Source of the DNA: Deltaproteobacteria bacterium
GTDB taxonomy: Bacteria; Desulfobacterota; Binatia; UBA12015
Assembly (NCBI GenBank): GCA_046583355.1
Contig: JAYGCM010000065.1
Span: forward strand, 1-17,959
Direction of reading: 5' to 3'
Length of the DNA stretch: 17,959 nt
Below, one piece after another: positions 1 through 7,728 of this stretch. A model generated the notes under the pieces. It saw only the letters and a program-made list of their open reading frames with translations. It was not told where the DNA came from and searched no databases. How positions within the stretch are numbered: the first letter of the stretch is position 1; each line of letters begins with the position of its first letter. A program made the translations under genes and the position numbers.

Positions 1-289
1 CCATGAAGACCGTTCCGATACAGACCCAGAGCAGGGCAGGGACCCAGCCCCAGATGACCGCGATCGCGGGACCGACGATGGGCGCGGCGCCCGCGATCGA
101 GGCGAAATGATGTCCCCAGAGCACATGCAGTCGCGTCGGGACATAGTCGACGCCGTCTTCGAGTTCATGCGCTGGAACCGGCTCATCCGGGCGGAGGTCG
201 AACACGCGATGCGCGAGGAAGCCACCGTAGAAGCGGTAGCCCAGCGCGAAGGCGACAAAAACGATGGCAGCGAGTGTTACGGCGTCCAC
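1..289 (-). CDS. cstA: Carbon starvation protein CstA family transporter, N-terminal part (runs off the window's left edge)
   Basis: Not in the ORF track; translated by hand from GTG at 289 (AGGAG RBS about 10 nt upstream): [25 protein letters not shown]...[14 protein letters not shown]...[64 protein letters not shown] and WGWxPALLW are CstA signatures. Confidence 0.93.
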   Translation of the reverse strand, partial: [96 protein letters not shown]

Positions 290-332
290 AGACACCGTCT
301 CCTACCCGTGTTGGCGCAGCACGTCCAAGGCG

Positions 333-366
333 CAAACGAAAGAAGGGAAGGGCCGCAGCCCTTCCC
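333..366 (-). terminator. Intrinsic terminator downstream of the secreted-protein gene
   Basis: Perfect 9-bp stem (345-353 with 358-366; GGGAAGGGC-TGCG-GCCCTTCCC on the - strand) followed on the - strand by TTCTTTCGTTTG. Confidence 0.7.
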
Positions 367-414
367 CTCTGATTCTACGCCGCACCCGGGCCGGCTTTTC
401 GATGGCGCCGAGTC

Positions 415-1140
415 TCAGTTGTTGCCGCAGGGGAAGGTCTGCTCGGGAATCTCCTCGGGGTTCGTGCTGCGCGTCGAGGCCTGCACGCATGCCGTGACGA
501 AGCCTTGCTGGCGCAGCGTATAATCGATGCCCATATCCAGATAGTCGCCAGGCGCGCCGAAATCGCCCCAATCCGGACAGCAGACTTCATAATGCAGCCA
601 GAAGCGGCGGCGGCCACGGCCGTTGATGACCTGCCCATCATCGAGAATGACCACACCGCCGGGCGTCGTCGCCTGGTTTACCTGGTGCATACTTGTCAGG
701 GTCGCGGTTACCTTATTGCCCGGACACGGCACCGACGCCCCGGGCGCACAGGCCTTCACATTCGGGATACGGTAGCGCTCGCTGCAACCCGCCACCGTCA
801 CCGGAGCGGTACCGCAGACTTCCGGCGCATCTACCACTGACACCTGTTGGACGACCGCGGTACTCTCATTGGTCGTATTCCAGGTGATATGATCGACTTC
901 CCAATCGGAACTCGGTTTGACAACGGCGAAACGTCCCAACGTATCGAGCTCACCCAATTTCCTCTTGCAGGGGCCGGCGAAACACAGCTTATGGGCCGGC
1001 TGATCTACGCATACAGTGGCCTCGTAACGCGTAATCGCAGACGCGGGCTCACAGGCCTGCGCCGGAGCCGCGACGAAGATGGCTGCGACAAGCGCAGCAA
1101 ATGAGAGGAGAGGGAGGGGGCGGGTCGAAGAAATGAACAT
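415..1140 (-). CDS. Hypothetical secreted Cys-rich protein (241 aa)
   Basis: Start reassigned to ATG 1140, which has GGAGG 7 nt upstream. Sec-type signal peptide (LLSFAALVAAIFVAAPAQA/CEP), 12 Cys in the mature region, and a terminator follows. No family recognised. Confidence 0.75.
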   Translation of the reverse strand: MFISSTRPLPLLSFAALVAAIFVAAPAQACEPASAITRYEATVCVDQPAHKLCFAGPCKRKLGELDTLGRFAVVKPSSDWEVDHITWNTTNESTAVVQQVSVVDAPEVCGTAPVTVAGCSERYRIPNVKACAPGASVPCPGNKVTATLTSMHQVNQATTPGGVVILDDGQVINGRGRRRFWLHYEVCCPDWGDFGAPGDYLDMGIDYTLRQQGFVTACVQASTRSTNPEEIPEQTFPCGNN

Positions 1141-1348
1141 TGGTGGACCTCCAATTAAGCGTGTGTTCCGGGCCGGAAAGGTGAGTCGAATTCTGAGATC
1201 ATTCGGTAGCACATTGCTGCCAGCCCATGCCACCCTGTTCTTGCCCGCGGCGAGGCCACCCGCCCGATCGCAACAAAGAGGGCCGCCACTGTTGTAAAGA
1301 CTCTCCCTATATACTTCTCCATGATCTTCCTCCGAGGCACGGGCCAGC

Positions 1349-1405
1349 GCCCGCCAAGAAGGCGGGCATAGGGGATTACCCCTATGGTATATAGGTTAAC
1401 CCCTA
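1349..1405. promoter_or_regulatory. Inverted repeats in the divergent promoter region; candidate transcription-factor site
   Basis: GCCCGCC-AAGAA-GGCGGGC (1349-1367), CATAGGGG-ATTA-CCCCTATG (1367-1386) and a second ACCCCTA half-site at 1399-1405, just upstream of ATG 1411. Confidence 0.4.
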
Positions 1406-1410
1406 GGCAT

Positions 1411-2937
1411 ATGCGGAAGTCAACCAAAATCAGACTGGGATGCGTTTTGCTCGCAGCGGCCATGCTGCTGGTCAGTGGGGTGTACGCCCGCGCTCATCCC
1501 CTGAACGCGACCGCCCCCACCAACCTGACCACGCGACCGGCGGCCCTCGCCTCTGGCATCGGCCGCGAGACCATCGCCCTGCCCGCCTCCGGTAAAAGCC
1601 GCCGCGCACGCGAACTCTACGCTCAGGGGCTCGCGCAATTGCACGGCTACCGCTGGATCGAAGCCGCGCGCGCCTTTCATACCGCGCTGCGGATCGAGCC
1701 CGATTTTGCGCTGGCCGAGCTCGGCCTCGTGCGCTCCTACGAGGCCATGAAAGACCCCGAGCGAGCCGACCACCACCTGCGCGCCGCTGACCAGCTGCGC
1801 ACCAAGGCGAGTCCACGCGATGCCGGCCTGATCGCCGCCATCGCATTACGTCGCGACGCCGCGACTATCGGCCCCGACGGCCCGCGTGCACACGCAGCCT
1901 ACCGCGCCTCGCTCGACGGGCTGCTGCGCTCCTGGCCCGACGATATCGAGATCCTGCTCCTGCGCGGCAACGCCAGCGAGGCCGTCGCTTGGGGCAAGGG
2001 CATGGCCGGACGCGAAACCTCATTGCCTTTCTACGAGAAGGCCGTCCGCATTGCGCCGGAACACCCCGGCGCCCGCCATTACCTCGCCCATAGCTACGAG
2101 AATCTCGGCCGCTATTTTGACGCCGCAACCGAGGCCGCGTACTTCGCCCGCCTCGCGCCGCGCACCCCGCATGCGCGTCATATGTACGCCCATACCCTGC
2201 CGCGCCTCGGCAAATGGGATATGGCGATCGCCGAATTTGAAGCGGCCGCCCGCTTGGAGCAGGAGTATTTCCGCGACGAAGGAATCCCCGCCGAGGCCGA
2301 ATGGCATCGCGTCCACAACTTGACGCTACTCGGCTTGGCCTACCTGCGCATCGGCCGCACCGAGGACGCCGAACGCGCCTTGCGCCGGGCCTTCGCCACG
2401 CCTGTTCCCGATCCGCAGACAGTGACCTGGCATACGGCATGGCCCGAGTTTCTCCTCGCGCACGGACGCAACCAGGAGGCCGGCGCGGCCGCGGCAACTC
2501 TGGCCGCGAGCGAGAACCCGATTGCTGCCATCGTCGGCACGGCGTTGCGCGGCGAGGCCGAACTTGGCTCCGGCGACAATATTGCTGCGCAAAAGAGCTT
2601 GCGCGAAGCGCGACGCCTCCTGGCTGCCTACCAACCCATTGCCGCCACACATCCGATGGGCCGACCGATGGGCTGGCTGGCGCAGGACGCCATCGCGCTG
2701 CTCCAGGAGCGCCTGGCCTTTGCGACCGCCGGCAGAGACGCGGCCGGCAAAGCGCTCGAAGCGCGCGCCACGGCGCTGGCCGCCTTGCCGACCTTCGACG
2801 GCTGGGGCAGTGGCTGGCTGCGCATCGTGCGCCTGGAACGCGCGGCGCGCGGCAGCGGAGAGGTGGCACTCGCCGATCGTCTCGCTACGCTGGCCGGTGG
2901 CACCCTGGCGCCACCGGCCGACAATGCGACAAGATAA
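1411..2937 (+). CDS. Exported tetratricopeptide-repeat protein with His-rich motifs (508 aa)
   Basis: ATG 1411 gives a typical signal peptide (MRKSTKIRLGCVLLAAAMLLVSGVYARA). TPR-like helices (AARAFHTALRIEPDFALAELG; YEKAVRIAPEHPGARHYLAHSYE) plus HARHMYAH and WHRVHN motifs. Confidence 0.8.
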   Translation: MRKSTKIRLGCVLLAAAMLLVSGVYARAHPLNATAPTNLTTRPAALASGIGRETIALPASGKSRRARELYAQGLAQLHGYRWIEAARAFHTALRIEPDFALAELGLVRSYEAMKDPERADHHLRAADQLRTKASPRDAGLIAAIALRRDAATIGPDGPRAHAAYRASLDGLLRSWPDDIEILLLRGNASEAVAWGKGMAGRETSLPFYEKAVRIAPEHPGARHYLAHSYENLGRYFDAATEAAYFARLAPRTPHARHMYAHTLPRLGKWDMAIAEFEAAARLEQEYFRDEGIPAEAEWHRVHNLTLLGLAYLRIGRTEDAERALRRAFATPVPDPQTVTWHTAWPEFLLAHGRNQEAGAAAATLAASENPIAAIVGTALRGEAELGSGDNIAAQKSLREARRLLAAYQPIAATHPMGRPMGWLAQDAIALLQERLAFATAGRDAAGKALEARATALAALPTFDGWGSGWLRIVRLERAARGSGEVALADRLATLAGGTLAPPADNATR

Positions 2938-3640
2938 CCGACCTTATAATCTCGTGCGCCTGCTCGGTGCGATGAGTGATTGGTACGCCGCACGCTTCCT
3001 GCACCCGCAATTCGAGTCCATCGGGCGCGGCGCTGATTTCCGCAAACCGACCTGCTTCGAAGTCGTCGGGCCGCGGATCTCCGTCGGCGACCATTTCCAC
3101 GCAATGGCAACCAAAGACGGGCGTATCCGTCTGATGACCTGGCCCGAAACCGAGGGCCGTATTACCATCGGCGACTTCGTCGCCCTCTCGCCAGGCGTAC
3201 GGCTGAAAAGCGCGACCTCCGTGACCATCGGCGATGCCTGCGTCATCGCCGAGAATGTCTACATCACCGACGCCGACTGGCATGGCATCTACGAACGCAT
3301 CTATCCGCCCGGCGAAATGGCCCCCGTGACGATTGGCAATAATGTCTGGATCAGCGACGGCGCTACCGTTCTCAAGGGCGTAACGATCGGCGATAATAGT
3401 ATCGTGGCCGCCGGAGCCGTCGTCACCAGCGATGTGCCGCGCGACACGATTGTCGGCGGCATTCCGGCCAAGCCGATCCGCCAACTCGACCCCGACGCGC
3501 ACTACTCCACGCGGCGCGATCTCTTCGAGTCGAAACAAAGTTACAGCGAAATGGAAGAGAAACTCGAGCGCCGCTTCCTCGGCCCGAATGGCTGGTTGAA
3601 TTGGGCACGCTCGCTGTTTTTCCCCTCACCTGAAGATTGA
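2924..3640 (+). CDS. Hexapeptide-repeat (LbH) O-acyltransferase, maltose/galactoside acetyltransferase-like (238 aa)
   Basis: Real start is probably ATG 2924 (MRQDNRPY...), overlapping the end of the TPR gene. Motifs: ITIGDFVALSPGV, VYITDADWH, PVTIGNNVWISDGATVLKGVTIGDNSIVAAGAVVTSDVP and GGIPAKPIR. Confidence 0.9.
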   Translation: MRQDNRPYNLVRLLGAMSDWYAARFLHPQFESIGRGADFRKPTCFEVVGPRISVGDHFHAMATKDGRIRLMTWPETEGRITIGDFVALSPGVRLKSATSVTIGDACVIAENVYITDADWHGIYERIYPPGEMAPVTIGNNVWISDGATVLKGVTIGDNSIVAAGAVVTSDVPRDTIVGGIPAKPIRQLDPDAHYSTRRDLFESKQSYSEMEEKLERRFLGPNGWLNWARSLFFPSPED

Positions 3641-3650
3641 AGATGATGCG

Positions 3651-4283
3651 ATGAGCAACCAGACCATGCCCCCTGCCATGCTGGAGGTCGCGCGTGCGGC
3701 CAAGGGTTTTCTTGACGAAGTAGAGGGCCAGCGCCTCTTCGCGCTCGCCCGCGACCATGCGCCGCTTGGCCCCATAGTCGAGATCGGCAGCTATTGCGGC
3801 AAGTCTTCGGTTTACGTTGGCGCGGGCGCACAAGCGGGCGGCGGCGTCCTGGTCTGTGTCGACCACCACCGCGGCTCCGAAGAGCACCAACCGGGCGAGG
3901 GCTACCACGACCCCGACCTCCTCGACGCCGACCTCGGCAAAGTCGACAGCCTGCCGCAGCTGCGCCGCAACCTCCACGATGCCGGACTCGAGGACACAAC
4001 CATCATCGCCGTGGCCGGCAGTTCCTTGGCCGCCAAGCTGGTCAGCGCACCGCTTGGCATGGTCTTCATTGACGGCGGCCACAGCATGGAGGCGGCGCAA
4101 AACGATTGGCGCCTATGGGCCGGCAAGGTGGCGCACGGCGGGATTCTCGCCATCCACGACCTTTTCCCCAATCCCGAAGAAGGCGGCCAGGCGCCGATCA
4201 CAATCTACCGCCAGGCCGCCGCCTCCGGCCTCTTTGAAGAATTGCCGACCACCGCGACCCTCGGCGCCCTGCGCCGTCTCTAG
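3651..4283 (+). CDS. meT1: Class I SAM methyltransferase (Methyltransf_24 type), MeT1-like sugar 1-O-methyltransferase
   Basis: Motifs KGFL, VEIGSYCGKS, VDHHRGSEEHQPG, FIDGGH and IHDLFP...GGQAP. E78, H79 and H144 fall at the positions I recall as functional residues of mycobacterial MeT1 (to be verified by alignment). The methyltransferase call is firm; MeT1 orthology is inferred. Confidence 0.8.
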   Translation: MSNQTMPPAMLEVARAAKGFLDEVEGQRLFALARDHAPLGPIVEIGSYCGKSSVYVGAGAQAGGGVLVCVDHHRGSEEHQPGEGYHDPDLLDADLGKVDSLPQLRRNLHDAGLEDTTIIAVAGSSLAAKLVSAPLGMVFIDGGHSMEAAQNDWRLWAGKVAHGGILAIHDLFPNPEEGGQAPITIYRQAAASGLFEELPTTATLGALRRL

Positions 4284-4324
4284 GGGTCCGTGGCGTGCGA
4301 GGACGTGTCTGATAGGACACGACC

Positions 4325-5197
4325 ATGAGCACAGCCAAAGGGATCGAAATCCGGCCGGTGGCCGCTGGCTTCGGTGCGGAGATCCGCGGCGTCGACCTCG
4401 CCGGCGACGTGAGCGACAGCACCATCGGTGAAATTCGCGATACGCTCGCGCGCTTCGGCGTGATTTTCCTGCACGAGCAATCTCTTTCACCGGAGCAACA
4501 TATCGCGTTCGCCGAACGCTTCGGCACAATCAACGTGAACCGCTTCTTCCAATCCGTAGAGGGCCATCCGCAGATCGCCGAGGTGCGCAAGGAACCGGAG
4601 CAGAAGATCAATATCGGCGGCGGCTGGCATACCGACCACTCCTACGACCAGGTGCCGGCGATGGGCTCCGTGCTCTATGCCCTGGAGGTCCCGAGTGCCG
4701 GCGGCGACACGCTTTTCGCCAATATGGCGCTTGCCTACGAGAGCCTCTCGGATGGCCTCAAGAAGACTCTCGACGGTTTGAACGCCGTGCATTCCGGCCG
4801 TCATGTCTTCGGTGCGAAAGCCGTCACCCAAGCAAAAGAAAACAAGGACGATCTGGAGGGGCGCCTCGGCAACCCCGGAGCTGTGATCGAGGACGTCGTG
4901 CACCCCGTGGTCATTCGCCACCCCGAGAGCGGCCGCAGGACGCTCTATGTGAATCCGGGCTTTACGCTGCATTTCGAGGGCTGGTCGCCGGGCGAGTCGG
5001 CACCTCTGCTGCGCTTTCTCTACAAACACGCCACCCTCCCCGAGCGCACGATCCGCTTCCATTGGGGCAAGGGGTCGGTCGCCTTCTGGGACAACCGCGC
5101 GACCTGGCATTATGCCCTGAACGATTATGCCGGCGAGCGCCGCCTGCTGCACCGCATCACTCTCGAAGGGGTGCCGATCCATCGCGCCGCCGCATAA
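4325..5197 (+). CDS. TauD/TfdA family Fe(II)/2-oxoglutarate dioxygenase
   Basis: GAEIRGVDL N-terminus, HxD motif (WHTDHSY), GGDTLFANM, HPVVIRHPESGR, FWDNRATWHYA and RLLHR. Substrate unknown. Confidence 0.92.
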   Translation: MSTAKGIEIRPVAAGFGAEIRGVDLAGDVSDSTIGEIRDTLARFGVIFLHEQSLSPEQHIAFAERFGTINVNRFFQSVEGHPQIAEVRKEPEQKINIGGGWHTDHSYDQVPAMGSVLYALEVPSAGGDTLFANMALAYESLSDGLKKTLDGLNAVHSGRHVFGAKAVTQAKENKDDLEGRLGNPGAVIEDVVHPVVIRHPESGRRTLYVNPGFTLHFEGWSPGESAPLLRFLYKHATLPERTIRFHWGKGSVAFWDNRATWHYALNDYAGERRLLHRITLEGVPIHRAAA

Positions 5198-5331
5198 GCG
5201 CAAGCGGCGAGAAGACGAGAAGGGCAAGACTTCGGCCGGAGGCCGGCGCGGGGTTGCCGCGCGGCTCCAGTGCCAGTAGATAGCTCGGTTCGGAAGACGC
5301 GTGTCCAGCGTGGTTTCCCAAGGAGATCTCC

Positions 5332-5835
5332 ATGAACGAATTCGCCGCCACCAATCTCGCCCCCCATTATTGGGGCATTCTCTTCTCATTGATCTGCATC
5401 GCCTGGGGCTTTGTCGTCGGCGGCCTGATGGGCGCGCTGGACAAGGGCTTCAAGGGGCGCATGCGCAAACGTGCGCTCAAGAATCTGGACGCCGCCTACG
5501 GCGGCGACGAAGCGAAGCTCGATAAATTCGTCGCCAAGGGATTCAAATATTGCATCCGTTCGCATATCCACGGTGGCGCGATCGGCAGCTCGGCGCTTGC
5601 CTGCATCCTGCTACTCGTGATGACCGGCGAGACCGGCCCGCTTGGCGTGTTCAGCTCGTTTGCCTTCGGCTTCGGCGGCCTGGCCTATTCGATCTACTGG
5701 ATGCTGGCCGGCATCCACACGGCCGACATCGGCGACGCCACCCTGGCCAAGCACCATATGCGCTTCGTCGCGGTCCCCGGCGCCGGCCTGGCCATGCTCG
5801 GCCTCTTCGGCACGCTCTTCCTCTTCGCGTTCTAG
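5332..5835 (+). CDS. Hypothetical membrane protein (about 4 TM helices)
   Basis: AAGGAG RBS upstream, host-like codon usage, four hydrophobic segments, and an RSHIHGGAIG motif before the second helix. Confidence 0.8.
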   Translation: MNEFAATNLAPHYWGILFSLICIAWGFVVGGLMGALDKGFKGRMRKRALKNLDAAYGGDEAKLDKFVAKGFKYCIRSHIHGGAIGSSALACILLLVMTGETGPLGVFSSFAFGFGGLAYSIYWMLAGIHTADIGDATLAKHHMRFVAVPGAGLAMLGLFGTLFLFAF

Positions 5836-5851
5836 AGGCCCGGCCTTTCCG

Positions 5852-6997
5852 TCAATCCGCCGCAGAAGCGGTGGCGGCCAGCTCGGTGTCTTCGTCGTCG
5901 GTACCGGTTGCCTGGGCGATGACGCGCTTCTCGCGCGGCTCGAATTCATCACCGGCAAGATCGCGGAAGAACGAGGCGGTCGCGGAGCGGGCCTCGAGCA
6001 CGTCGGCCGCCATCAAGACCGTCGCGGCGGTCCACGGGGTCTGCTCGCCTTCGGGATAGAGCTCGCGGTCGGGGTGGGTCACGCCGGTCCAATAGCCGCC
6101 CTCGGCCGTGCGCAACGGATGCACCCAGGAGAGCACCTGGCGCGCCCGGCTGGTCAACCCGACGGCGTCCAGCGCCAGCACCAGCTCACAGGTCTCCGCG
6201 ACCGTGAACCAGGGACGATCCACCACGCAGCGAATGCCCACGCCCTCTTCCATGAAATCTTCTGCGGTCTCGTCGTCCAGCAATCGCAGCCGGCCCTGTG
6301 CGCCGCGCAGCGCGCCGCCCAGCACAGGGTAGTACCAATCCATGGAGAAGCGACCGACCTCTTCGGGCAAATCGGTGTCTTCGAAGCGTGCGATATTGCG
6401 CCGCAGAACGAGCGCCAGACGCGCGCGTGCCTCATGCCAGAGCGGCTTCTCGCGGCCGAGACATTCGGCAATGCGCAAGGCACAGATCAGGCTGCCGTAG
6501 ATTGACGACGAGCCCGTGAGCAGCGGCGCGTTCCAGAACTTCCCCTCGGCCGTCACAGCCCAGGCAAACCCGCCACAAGGCAGCTGGTGGCGCACGACGA
6601 AATCAATCGCGCGCTCTACACACGGCCACATCTCGGCGAGAAACGCGCCATCGGGCCTGGCCATTTCCAGATACCAGACGCCAGCGGCGATATAGGCCGC
6701 ATGGTTGGTCTGGCGCGTCGGGTCAACGACCTCACGACCGCGCAATTCGGCGGGCCAGCCGCCATCGGTCTCCTGGGTACGGGCCGAGAAGCGCAGCGCC
6801 GTGCGCGCCGCCTCATGACGGCCCGCGACCGCAAGCCCCATGGCCGCGTGAATATGGTCCCATGGGTCCATTTTCCCGCCGCGCGCCCAGGGAATCATCC
6901 CATCTTCTTCCTGAAGCGACGCGATCCACGCAGCCGTCTCCTCGAAATGATCGTGTCCGATGGGGTTTCGCCCGCCACTTGCCATGGTTCCATTCAT
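5852..6997 (-). CDS. mmpH: (alpha/alpha)6-barrel protein of the family often annotated 'prenyltransferase/squalene oxidase repeat'; MmpH-like glycoside hydrolase (381 aa)
   Basis: Start reassigned to ATG 6997 (ATGA overlap with the upstream stop). Motifs: Q..DGMIPW, DPWDH, TNHAAYIAAGVW, LLTGSSSI, RFSMDWYYPVLGG, G.G.RCV.DRPW.T.AETCE, GGYWTG and WTAA. It sits downstream of a GT4 and a methyltransferase, as in MMP clusters. Confidence 0.7.
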   Translation of the reverse strand: MNGTMASGGRNPIGHDHFEETAAWIASLQEEDGMIPWARGGKMDPWDHIHAAMGLAVAGRHEAARTALRFSARTQETDGGWPAELRGREVVDPTRQTNHAAYIAAGVWYLEMARPDGAFLAEMWPCVERAIDFVVRHQLPCGGFAWAVTAEGKFWNAPLLTGSSSIYGSLICALRIAECLGREKPLWHEARARLALVLRRNIARFEDTDLPEEVGRFSMDWYYPVLGGALRGAQGRLRLLDDETAEDFMEEGVGIRCVVDRPWFTVAETCELVLALDAVGLTSRARQVLSWVHPLRTAEGGYWTGVTHPDRELYPEGEQTPWTAATVLMAADVLEARSATASFFRDLAGDEFEPREKRVIAQATGTDDEDTELAATASAAD

Positions 6998-7728
6998 CCT
7001 TTGATTGCGTAAAAGACCACACTCTTGCCAATGAGCGGGTTCAAAAGCCGTTCCACAAACCCCGTCAACCAAGGTTTTTTCATGAGATCCCAGACCAGCA
7101 GGCGGTGATAAAGGGCCACCGGCCAGACGTCTTCTTTGTCCAACCCGAAGAAGCATTTCAGCCACCAATAAGGGGCATGCAGGGCATGGGCATAATGGGA
7201 GGCGACGACCCGGTAGCCGTTGCGCTCGAGCATCTCGGGCAATTGCTCGCCGCGGTAGATGCGCACGTGCCCGCCCACGCTCTTCGGTGCCGGATACTCA
7301 TCCGAGAGTTTCCAGCAGATCTCCTCGGGGCCTTCACGGGGCACCGAAACCGCCAGAGTACCGCCCGGCTTGAGAACGCGCGAGATCTCAAGGAGCGCGC
7401 GCTCATCTTCTTCGAGATGCTCCATCACCTCGGAAATGATCACGCAATCGAATGTGCCATCACCGAAGGGAAGCTCGTAGCTGCTGCCGCGAATCGAGGC
7501 GCAGGGGCCCGGATTGCTGGCGGCGCCGCCCATCTCGAAATCGATCTCCTGCATCTCCTGCAGGCGCTTGCGCGTCGCGCGAACCTCGTCCTCGCCCAGG
7601 TCGAGACCAATCGCCATGACGCCCGGATAGCGCAGCGTATGCTGGATATGACGTCCTTCGCCGCAGCCAACATCGAGAACCTTGGCGCCAGGGCTGAGGT
7701 GCAACCGCTCCAACTCAATGGTCAACAT
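6994..7728 (-). CDS. Class I SAM methyltransferase (Methyltransf_11 type), putative MeT3-like sugar 3-O-methyltransferase
   Basis: Motifs VLDVGCGEGRH, LPFGDGTFD, SEVMEH, RVLKPGG, GGHVRIY and HALHAPYWWLKC. Overlaps both neighbouring genes. Confidence 0.85.
   Translation of the reverse strand: MLTIELERLHLSPGAKVLDVGCGEGRHIQHTLRYPGVMAIGLDLGEDEVRATRKRLQEMQEIDFEMGGAASNPGPCASIRGSSYELPFGDGTFDCVIISEVMEHLEEDERALLEISRVLKPGGTLAVSVPREGPEEICWKLSDEYPAPKSVGGHVRIYRGEQLPEMLERNGYRVVASHYAHALHAPYWWLKCFFGLDKEDVWPVALYHRLLVWDLMKKPWLTGFVERLLNPLIGKSVVFYAIKG

Noticed and set aside
2522..2923. Long N-terminal extension of the acyltransferase ORF
   Set aside because: It is an out-of-frame overlap with the TPR gene; family-like sequence begins at ATG 2924.
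5836..5851. Bidirectional terminator between the convergent genes
   Set aside because: Only a 4-bp stem (AGGC-CCG-GCCT) with a short T run; too weak to call.
5852..6997. Reading this gene as a true prenyltransferase or squalene-hopene cyclase (terpene cluster)
   Set aside because: There is no DxDD motif, it is too short for a cyclase and there are no isoprenoid genes nearby; the GT4/methyltransferase context favours a glycoside hydrolase.
6998..7168. N-terminal extension of the MmpH-like ORF
   Set aside because: It overlaps the methyltransferase coding region; the ATGA coupling at 6994-6997 gives a better start.
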